A stretch of DNA of 64,000 bases, from assembly GCF_006345805.1 (NCBI RefSeq), contig NC_042997.1, forward strand, positions 13,888,001 to 13,952,000. The letters are read 5' to 3'. Below, piece after piece: positions 53,773 to 64,000 of the stretch; position 1 is the stretch's first letter, and every line of letters begins with the position of its first letter. The notes below the pieces were generated by a model that did no database searches, was not told where the DNA came from, and was given only the letters and a program-made list of their open reading frames with translations. This DNA comes from Octopus sinensis (Eukaryota). A program made the position numbers and the translations under genes.

Positions 53773-53898
53773 ATCTTAGAGCTGTTTCAGCCTGTAGATA
53801 AAGGTATCTCATTGTGCCTATATTAGTCATATGCATTGAGGTAAAATACACTTTAAAATGAGTTACTTATATATATAGCTCAAGGCCTCATCAGAGAT
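53773..53898 (-). ncRNA. Type I hammerhead with an about 90-nt loop II and one stem III mismatch
   Basis: Minus strand reads AUCU CUGAUGA GGCCU[loop]AGGCU GAA ACAGCUCU A/AGAU. Confidence 0.6.
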
Positions 53899-53984
53899 TA
53901 TAAAGTACGATTATAAAAATATAAAAATGCAAATATAAACATGAAGCAAAATACACATACACAAGAATATATATATATTCAGCT

Positions 53985-56900
53985 TCACCCAGATGTGAGA
54001 AGGGCGGCAGCTGAACAGCAGTCTTTTTTGTGCATGGCACAAAAAATTGTTCAGCAGCTGACCTGGCTACAAGCACAAAGCTGGAACTACCACCACATAA
54101 GGCCACCTCCAACAAATGCAGGATGGCCACCACAGACACCAACACCAACACACACACCACAAAAATATTTCTACTGAATGTAGGAGGGCTGCTGCGCGGA
54201 AACTGTAAAAAGAAAATTTCATTCCTGAGAGACCTTGTGACATGCAATCAAGCTATATGCATGGCACTCACAGAAACGCATCTTGAACCCGATATAGGTG
54301 ATGCAGAAATACACATGCCGCAATATGCAGTCATACGCACAGATAGAAAAGGGAGGAGCCATGGTGGAGTTGCAATGTACATCCGAGATGACCTCACGCC
54401 CCAGGTCCTGCTGTCATATTCAAACTCAGTATGTGAAACTCAAATTGTACACATAAGACAACTGAATATCGTCATATGCACTACATATCGCCCACCAGAC
54501 GCCCCAAAACACTCAGGCATGTTTGAAGACTGCCTAACAAAAATAGGAGAAGTCCTCACCAACCTTGAACAGCACAACAGTGTATTCTTCATGGGTGACT
54601 TTAACCTCCCCAATGTGGAATGGCCTGGGGGGCAGATGCTCCCAGGGATGACACACCATCAGCAGGCACAGGTGGAGTCCCTGCTCCATCTCACAAATAC
54701 CTCTTTCATGGAGCAAATAGTTCTGCAACCAACGAGGGCAGATAATATACTGGATCTCTGCTTCACAAACAATATGGATATTATCCATAATGTTAATGTG
54801 ATGCCGACAATGATCTCGGATCACAACATAATAGAGCTGTCTATGTATGGAACAAAAGCCCCTGCAGACACACAGCCTATACGAAGCACCTACCATCTCT
54901 CAAACTTAAACTTTCATAAAGCCAACTGGAAGTCGATTGAGAAAGAGATCCTCAAACAGGATTGGCCTGAATGTCTCTCCACACCGGACATAAACATGAA
55001 ACACAAACACTTCATGTCCATAATACAAGCCATATGTGACAAATATGTCCCAATGTGCAGGGCCAGCACACACAAGAACAAAACAGGATCCCTAGAGAAA
55101 GGAGGATTCTTATGAGACGACGGCAAGGATTGCAAACCGCCTGAGCAAGCACACCAAAAGTGGTGAGAAGTCTCGGCTCGAAAGAATGCTAATGGAAACT
55201 GAGAAAAGTCTACATCAGTCCCATGAAAAGGAGAGAGCAGATAAAGAAGCTTGGGTAATAGAAAATATAAAATCAAACCCTAAAGCTTTCTTTAAGTTTG
55301 CCAAAGAGACAGCCACATTGCACCAGAGAATAGGACCTCTCTTCCAAAAAGATGGCTCTCTCACAGGAAATCCCACGAGGATAAGTGAAATACTGAACGA
55401 ACAGTTCCAAAGTGTGTTCACTACACCTCTAGGACACAGGCAAGTAAACAACCCAGAAGAATTCTTTGCCACTTTACCAGCGGCCAAAGAGACAAAAATT
55501 GAGTACATCAACATCGAAGAAGATGATATCACACTAGCCATTGATGAGATTGATACAAACTCAGCTGCTGGACCTGATGGATTCCCAGTGATCCTTCTCA
55601 AATCGTGCAAACGAGCCCTTGCAAAACCGCTACAGCTTCTTTTTCAGAGCTTTCTTGCAAGTGGTAAGCTCCCAGTCAAACTGAAAGAGGGGTGTAATAT
55701 GCCCTATCCATAAGGGAGGTAGCAGAGCAGATGCTAAAAATATAGGCCTATCTCTCTGACCTCACACATCAGCAAAGTCATGGAACGAATAGTCCGTAAG
55801 AAACTAATCATGTTCCTTGAAGAAAATGACTTACTGTCTGACACCCAGCATGGATTTCGACCAGGTAGAGGCTGCCTAACACAGCTCCTGCAACACTATG
55901 ACTGGGTGTTGAAACAGCTACTAAATGGCTCAAATGTGGATGTAATATATCTTGACTTTGCAAAAGCCTTTGATAAAGTCGACCATGGTATGATCTGTCA
56001 CAAACTGCGTGGTCTCGGCATAGGCGGGAAACTGGAGAGTGGCTGCACAACTTCCTAAAAGACAGAAAAACAGGCAGTTGTGAGCAATGGAGCCACCTCC
56101 AAGGAAACGCAAATAACAAGCGGTGTCCCATAGGGCACTGTCTTGGGGCCACTGATGTTCATAGTGGCCCTTTCAGACATGCCTTCAGTTGCTACGATGA
56201 CCACCCTTGCTAGCTATGCAGATGACACAAAAGTCTCCCACGCAATACAAAACCCTGAAAATATGAGCTGGACACAATATACAGGTGGGCTGAGGACAAC
56301 AACATGCAGTTTAATGCAGGTAAGTTCCAGGCCCTGCGCTACTGGCACACAAAGTTAAATGACGTGAAGACTGGATACACTGGCCCAGGAAGAATTGCAA
56401 TCCCTGAGTCAAAATCAGTGCGTGACCTGGGCATTGACATGAGCAATGATGCATCTTTCCAAATGCATATTGCTAATCTGGTGATAAAATGCAGACGGCT
56501 AGCTGGATGGATTCTCCGAACTTTCAGAACAAGAGAGAAGGAGACACTGATGGTCCTATGGAAAACATTTGTCCTCAGCCGCTTGGACTACTGCTCCCAA
56601 CTTGGTCACCACACAATATAAAAACAAACAGCAGAACTCGAAGCAACTCAGAGAGCTACACAAAGAAAATCGTCTCAATGCAAAATGTCAGCTACTGGAA
56701 AGACTGAAGGTATTAAACCTCTTCTCCCTGGAGCGGAGGCGGGAGAGATATGCAGTGATATACATCTGGAAAATCCTGGAGGGTCTTGTCCCAAACTTTG
56801 CATTCAAAGTTACTCCCACCGCAGAACGGGGCGCCGCTGCGTGGTGCCAAGGATTCCACATCACCATCAAAATACAGGTCTAGATACTGCAACAGCTTGG

Positions 56901-57185
56901 GTTTCAGAGGACCACAGCTCTAAACATCCTCCCTAAATGCCTGAGAGACTTACATGGTGTGGATGTGGGTTTCTTTAAAACTAAACTGGATCTCTTCTTG
57001 TTGGGAGTCCCAGATGAACCTACCTCACGACAGGAGACACGGATGCGGGCAGCAGCATCGAACTCCCTTGTTGATCAAGTGCCACGTATCAGAGGTGGAT
57101 TCACAAACTAGTGTAGCTCATTCAGCGGTGGTGCCCCAGCATGGCCGGGCCTTCGGGCTAAAACATTTTAAGGATTTAAGGATTA
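53985..57185 (+). mobile_element. CR1-clade LINE, near-complete ORF2 (APE + RT) with several frameshifts and a stop, intact 3' end
   Basis: APE motifs LTETHL, GGVAMYI, YRPP, GDFN, ILDLCFTN and SDHN. RT motifs AGPDG, YRPISLTS, QHGFR, YLDFAKAFDKVDH, GVP*GTVLGP and YADD. The tail is AAGGATTTAAGGATT. Confidence 0.95.
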
Positions 57186-57253
57186 TATATATATATATAT
57201 ATACATATATATATACATATATATATATATATATGTATATACATATATATACA

Positions 57254-57326
<73 letters not shown>

Positions 57327-58341
57327 TATATAAGTATATATATAATAATATACATACACATAAGGTTACAGATAATCAAATATATATACTGGAGTATACA
57401 TATACATCCACATCAATGGGTACATATACAAAGTCCAAAGTTCATTATATTACATTACCAAAACTATTAATATTATTATTATTATTAATAATACCAATAA
57501 TGAAATATGTGCATTCTGCTATTCACAATACATAGTAGATGGAAAATACCACATAAAATATAGTATAATATAATATATTGTAATATAATATAATATAATA
57601 TAATATATTGTATATTACATATATAATATAGTATAACATAGTATATAGACAGATGCCTATGGAAGATGCAAGCACATTAATTCAACAAATATTGTAACAA
57701 CTAATGCCATTATATTCATATATCATTCAGTCAAAATCGAAACTTCAGTCTTAATCTGCATACATATATATACACACAGGTAACAAAAACATGTATATGC
57801 ATGTACATACATGCATAAAAACACCCACTAATACATATACATATATAAAGAGATTTTATGCTTTTACATCGTACAAAAGATATATGCATGTACATACGTA
57901 GAGTTCACAGATCATGAGGTAAGAGATATGCCGTAACGGGCTATGCCTACGTTATTATCAATACAGTATTACAGTCATGTATGTATATGCATATACATGT
58001 ATTATATTATATTACATTATTATATTATATATATATATATATACAGTTTATTAATAAGGCATATCACTGTACCTCCGCTATTTGAGTACAATTTTTTCCA
58101 CCTTGTTTCACATTTATGTGCTTACTGAAATATATATATATACATATATATATATAATGTAGGTGGCTAATTAACTATTTAAATCTTAAAGGCAAATTTA
58201 TAAACATTACTAAATTGACAAGGGTGCAAAGAGGTACCTGCATTGCTAGAAATAAAAGTCAAATCGAGTCATTAACCATAAAAAGCACAATCTTAGTAAG
58301 TTGACAAAGGAAACAAAGTTCCCTACTGAAGCAGCAGATAT

Positions 58342-58399
58342 ACCCATCTCACGTGATTTCGAATTCTGATTCATCGCATCTCAATCCTCGTCAGTGGAT
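58342..58399 (-). ncRNA. Minimal palindromic hammerhead with U16.1 mutated
   Basis: Minus strand reads AUCCA CUGACGA GGAUU..AAUUC GAAA UCACGUGA G A/UGGGU. Confidence 0.55.
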
Positions 58400-58703
58400 T
58401 TTACTGCGCCAAGAGTTAAGCTCAACTCGCCTCGTTAACTTATAAGAAAAACCGTGGAAAGCATGTACTCAATCGAAACGACAGAAGTGTATACTATAAA
58501 TATTGTAGGTGGCTTATTAGCAATTTGACGAAGCAAGTTGAGCTTCTTCAGAAGGGACTTTTGTCTCACTACGGTAAGGAGCTTTGTTTCTTTCGTCATC
58601 TTACTAAGGTAGGGCATTTTGTGGCTAATGAGTCGTTTTGACTCTTATTTCTTGCACTGCTTATATCACTTTGTACTCTTGTCACTTTAGTTTTATATAT
58701 TTA

Positions 58704-59273
58704 CCAGCTGAATAGCCCGTCGTTGCTGGTCAATTTTTACACTAGAATGTCTTATATAAATTTTTATTTATTCCGTATCACAGCATACCTTCCCCGACAG
58801 ATAGACCTCTTAATCAGGACAGATGTGTGCAATTTTTCGCCAAAAACATTCGTTGAGGATTTTTCGCCTTTTAAAATTATTTACATGTCTGTTCGACCGT
58901 TTCATATGACTTTATTCATTACAACTTCAGAAGTTCTTACAACTTTGGTTGTCATAATGTTTTGCTTTCGTTTGTTTAATAAAAATTCCTTCTCCTAATG
59001 ATTTTGCTTTCATTTCGTGATAGACAGCTATCATGCAGAAAATGCAAGCTTCCAAATCCTGTTTTCTGGTTAGGTAGAATTGATTAAACTTTAAACCACA
59101 GTAACATTTTTCTAAAACTTTTCTGAAACAAATAAATAAAAAATCGGATTTAACGTAGAAAATTATTTCAATATACCAAATTCGTAAATTTTGACGTAAT
59201 TTTAAAATCTCACAATATGTGACATCAACAGAGAACACCCTACAAAAGCAGACTCCCTGATTGATATAGGACG

Positions 59274-59308
<35 letters not shown>

Positions 59309-59420
59309 TTTACAAACGTACACACGGGTTATCACGAATTTACATACGTATGTATGTATGTATGTACGTATGTATGTATATATTTTTATGAATGTGTACG
59401 TGTGTGTGTGTGAGTGTTTA
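58704..59420 (-). mobile_element. Non-autonomous Helitron-like element, diverged
   Basis: Minus-strand 3' end ACCAGCAACGACGGGCTATTCAGCTGG|T resembles the end of 33665-34064. Internal (CA)n and (TATG)n. The 5' limit is uncertain. Confidence 0.45.
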
Positions 59421-60956
59421 TTTGAGATAGACACCAAAAAATCCACCTTCCTCCTCTCTCCTTAAAGCTACGTATTCCTCACACCCCTATTTCTTTGTGT
59501 GTGTGTGTGTATGTGTGTGTGTGTTGTATCTATGTATTTACGAAAGTATTATGCAGCGTCGCGTGTATATGATAGCTGTAGTAATGTTTACATCCCATTG
59601 CCACCGCTTTTCTCACCTTCACCTATATAAGAAACCCTTTCTCTGTTCTTACACACACTCACATATATATATATATATATATGAATGAATGAATGAATGA
59701 ATGTATGTATGTATGTATGTATGTATGTATGTATGCAATGCAAGCATTTATGTGTGTATGCATGTATGAATGCATGTATATAACCCCTACCTCTCTCCTC
59801 TCCTTCCACGTGACCGGTGTTCGGCCAAGCCTGACCTTTCTATCTTGGTTTGACTACCATCTCTATAGCAATTCTTATATTCCTTCCCATGACTTCCATC
59901 CTCTATGTTCCTGCCGTAAGGCTTCACGTTCACACACGCCAGCTTAATTTCATTCGTCCTCAGTTGAAAGACACCTGTTGTTTGTATTTGTAATTGTGCG
60001 CCATTTCTGTTTTTTTTTTTCGTCCTTGTTTTCGATTATATTCGCTCGCTTTCTTCCAAAGAATCTAGTGCTCTTACCTTAGATTTTCTTGGAGTCTCAA
60101 GAGTAACCGGCCGAAACTGCAAAGACGATCTGATACTCGACTGAAGATTGAAAGCTCCGAATGACCCGTCCTTGTTTGTTCCTGTCCTTTTTTTGTATCG
60201 TCTAACTGTCCGAATGTATTGTTGTCGCCTGTTACGGTCTTGTTCCATTTTTGTTTTTCTTGTGTGGATGCGCGTGAGTGAGTGTGTATCTGCGCGTGTG
60301 CGTGTGTATGTATGTGAACGTGTCCATGCTACTAACTCTCGATATCTATATAGCTATATGCGTATGTGTGCGTGTGTGTGCATGTGAGTATTTGTGTGTG
60401 CGTGCGCGTGTATACATGTACATGTACACAACAGACGAGATGATGAACATATTTCTTGCCGTGGTCATGAAAGTAACAAATTTCTTAATTCCATTTTGTA
60501 TATAATCACAGAATCAGGATCATGTTTTTTGAAATATTAATTTGTATAAGCGCTACCTTTCGGTCTTTCAGCAAGAGATATTTACTCGTGAATATAAAAG
60601 TTAAAAAATATTAAAAACAAATTTTGGATTAGCTCAAGGCCATTCCGTTTGTCATTTCACATCCAGTCAATAAAATTGTTTCATCTGCGAGGAAGTATAA
60701 ACCTTGTGAGAGAATGGGCAACGTTCGAAAAGCGAAACCATGTTTAATACGTTATCTCTGCTTTTTTTGTTTCTTTCCTTCTTTCTTTGTTTCCGTCGTG
60801 CTTTCCTTTTTCCTTCTTTCTTTCTTTCTTTCTTTCTTTCTTATCTGTTTCGAATTACTATGGCACCATTTGTGATACTGCTATATGTATAAGAAATCAT
60901 AGGGCTTTTCCAGCTATCAAGAAGACGCTGCTGACTACTACTACTACTACTAATAC

Positions 60957-61003
<47 letters not shown>

Positions 61004-61067
61004 AGTGTTAGTAGTAGTAGTAGTAGTAGTAGTAGTGTTAGTAGTAGTAGTATAGTAGTAGTAGTAA

Positions 61068-61100
<33 letters not shown>

Positions 61101-61199
61101 CGTGCTAACGATTCTGTCAACTCACTGCCTTAATAGTGATAATGATGATAATAATAATAATAACAACAACAACAACAACAATAATAATAATAATAATAA

Positions 61200-61383
61200 T
61201 CCCACTTTCTGTAAAAACAGGCCTCGACTCAACCACCTTCTCTTCATGGATGATTTATTGCGTAAAGTATACTGTGCGACCTCTATAATAATAAATAAAT
61301 AAATAATAATAATAATAATATTATTAATAATAATAATAATAATAATAATAATGATAATAATAATAATAATAATGATGATGGTG

Positions 61384-61431
<48 letters not shown>

Positions 61432-61592
61432 AAGGGCTGCAATAAGGGTGGAGCACTTGCAAAAAACAGCACTGCTTGGAACCGCTCGAATACTCTGGAA
61501 GGTACTCGAAAAATAAGAGGTGTTACCTTAGTTCACTGGTAGTGAACAGCTGGCACTGTAGTACATCTCCAGGGTTAGAAGCTGGGCAGAGG
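61200..61592 (+). pseudogene. Two tiny R4/Dong fragments (RT motif and extreme 3' end) inside triplet repeats
   Basis: LNHLLFMDDL at about 61225-61260. IRVEHLQKTALLGTARILWKVLEK* at about 61440-61515. Confidence 0.7.
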
Positions 61593-61597
61593 TAGTA

Positions 61598-61641
<44 letters not shown>

Positions 61642-61666
61642 TATAATGATAATAACTATAATAATG

Positions 61667-61731
<65 letters not shown>

Positions 61732-61735
<4 letters not shown>

Positions 61736-62108
61736 GCTTTCTAATTGATGTATCAATACCGGCTGATGACAATGTGTCTCTAAAAGAAATGGAGAAACTC
61801 TCAAAATACAAAGACCTGGAAATAGAGGTAACTAGAATGTGGAATCTGAAAACAGAAACAATTCCTATCATAGTAGGTGCATTAGACATGATAAAAAAAA
61901 TATTCAGACAAATACATAACAAAAACACCAGGACTTACAAACACATATAACATACAGAAAATTGCACTACTAGGCACTGCACACATCCTACGCAGAACAC
62001 TTTCCATACAATAACCATCAGAGCATCACAACAAATCACAGCACATACCCAAGGCACACAGAGCTGCGCTCGGTAGTGAAGTGAAAGCACGCTATAAAAA
62101 TGAAACTA

Positions 62109-62111
<3 letters not shown>
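61732..62111 (+). mobile_element. Young 5'-truncated R4/Dong 3' fragment in (TAA)n, same family as 34709-35188
   Basis: Near-identical to 34811-35188 with the same 3' end, AAACTACTG|AATAAT. Confidence 0.92.
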
Positions 62112-62151
<40 letters not shown>

Positions 62152-62332
62152 TAATAATAATAATAATAATGAGAGACATATAGGTAGTTTGGAAGAAGAC
62201 AATACAACTAATGGTGACTTGTCAGATGGGTGAAAGGCAATCTACGACAGAATAAAGGCAAGACTACAGGAGAACGCAAAAAATCCCAAATTTTATTTAA
62301 TTTGCTTTGCGAGAAGAACTTTTTTAACGAAG

Positions 62333-62412
62333 TCGCGTCTTGTCCCTAACTTCGAAACGCGGAGTAGATAAAACAGGGGACAACTGATGAAGGGAATGTT
62401 TTTATGTTCCCT
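62333..62412 (+). ncRNA. Candidate non-circularly permuted hammerhead ribozyme
   Basis: TCGCG-TC/TTGTCCC ... GAAACGCGG ... GGGACAA CTGATGA. Stems I and III pair, but the GAAA strand lies before the CUGAUGA strand. Confidence 0.5.
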
Positions 62413-62526
62413 CTCTCGTTTCTCATTTTGTTTACGTCTTTTATGCCCAGTACCCGTATATGCTTGTATATATACATACATATGTAGGTTTGTACATATA
62501 TGTATGTATATATATATATATGCATA

Positions 62527-62557
<31 letters not shown>

Positions 62558-62576
62558 GTATGTATGTATATATATA

Positions 62577-62886
62577 TATCACGTGATCACGTGACCGACC
62601 AGGCTATCAGATGTTCCTACACATCGCTGGTCACGATGCGCTTCACATTGTTTAGCCTTCAAATGACACCACCGCGCTGGCTAAGCGAGCAGGCGAACAG
62701 AAGGAAGAGTGAGAAAAAATACAGCAGGAATCCCCACAACCCACTGCCGGAGCCTCGTGGAGCTTTAGGTGGTTTCGCCCAATAAACACTCACAACGCCC
62801 GGTCTGGGAATCGAACCTGCGATCCTACGACCGGGTGTCCGCTGCCCTTACCACTGAGCCATTGCGCCTTTACACACACACACACA

Positions 62887-62954
<68 letters not shown>

Positions 62955-63263
62955 GTATGTATGTATATATATATCACGTGATCACGTGACCGACCAGGCT
63001 ATCAGATGTTCCTACACATCGCTGGTCACGATGCGCTTCACATTGTTTAGCCTTCAAATGACACCACCGCGCTGGCTAAGCGAGCAGGCGAACAGAAGGA
63101 AGAGTGAGAAAAAATACAGCAGGAATCCCCACAACCCACTGCCGGAGCCTCGTGGAGCTTTAGGTGGTTTCGCCCAATAAACACTCACAACGCCCGGTCT
63201 GGGAATCGAACCTGCGATCCTACGACCGGGTGTCCGCTGCCCTTACCACTGAGCCATTGCGCC

Positions 63264-63330
<67 letters not shown>
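62577..63330 (-). mobile_element. Two apparently identical tandem family C SINEs (tail type 2)
   Basis: About 62577-62868 and 62972-63266. Each starts AAAGGCGCAATGGCTCAGTGG on the minus strand and ends TCACGTGATCACGTGAT(AT)n. Confidence 0.9.
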
Positions 63331-63435
63331 TCTTAATGTAGGTATGCATACATATGTGTGTATGCGTACGCACAGCCATGTATATATCATCTTTGTCGCA
63401 TTAGCTTCAAAGCCCGTTTGTATGTATTTGAGAAA

Positions 63436-63845
63436 GACGTAGGAGTGGCTGTGTGGTAAGTAGGTTGCTCACGAACTACATAGTTCTGGGTTCAGTCCCA
63501 CTGCGTGGCACCTTGGGCGAGTGTCTTCTACTATAGCCTCGGGCCGACCAAAGCCTTGTGAGTGGATTTGGTAGACGGAAACTGAAAGAAGCCTGTCGTA
63601 TATATGTATATATATGTATGTGCATGTGTGTATTTGTGTGTCTGTGTTTGTCCCCCTAGCATTGCTTGACAACCGATGCTGGTGTGTTTTCGTCCCCGTT
63701 ACTTAGCGGTTCGGCAAAAGAGACCGATAGAATAAGTACTGGGCTTACAAAAGAATAAGTCCCGGGGTCGAGTTGCTCGATTAAAGGCGGTGCTCCAGCA
63801 TGGCCACAGTCAAATGACTGAAACAAGTAAAAGAGTAAAAGAGAG
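63436..63845 (+). mobile_element. CORE-type SINE (family B), full length
   Basis: A-box GTGGCTGTGTGG, B-box GGGTTCAGTCCC, CCTTGGGCGAGTGTCTTCT and tail GGTGCTCCAGCATGGCCACAGTCAAATGACTGAAACAAGTAAAAGAG. Confidence 0.92.
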
Positions 63846-64000
63846 AGAGTATGTATTATTTTGCGTGTGCTGGGGATATGTATATATATATATATATATG
63901 AGACTCTTTATAGATGAATGGATAGATGGATGGATGGATGGATGGATGGATGGATGGATGGATGGATGTAAAATGTAGACGTAAATATGTGTGTATGTAT

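Overview
Eukaryotic, AT-rich, microsatellite-dense DNA. The SINE families and repeat landscape match what I recognise from coleoid cephalopods, most likely Octopus; this is pattern recognition, not a database result. I cannot support any host protein-coding gene. Almost all ORFs in the track are translations of (TA)n, (TACA)n or (TAA)n repeats, and the few real protein signals come from transposable elements. These are a full-length irritans-type mariner with two frameshifts (18126-19403), a disrupted CR1-type LINE (about 53985-57185), many R4/Dong-type RLE LINE fragments mostly embedded in (TAA)n, Penelope-like (PLE) GIY-YIG fragments, a Tx1/L1 3' end, a Gypsy integrase fragment, non-autonomous Helitrons, a foldback/MITE and three tRNA-derived SINE families. 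The most interesting layer is RNA structure. At least six type I hammerhead ribozyme (HHR) folds can be read by eye, two of them as an inverted pair. Two further loci (62333-62412 and 60089-60147) have all hammerhead strands in a non-circularly permuted order. Other notable items: a twin-priming-like inversion inside a PLE ORF, a 3' tail shared between the CR1 LINE and a CORE-type SINE, a roughly 540-bp non-tRNA element always found in (TAA)n, and foldback duplications centred on (TA)n. All folds were derived by hand. Boundaries of old, degraded elements are approximate.
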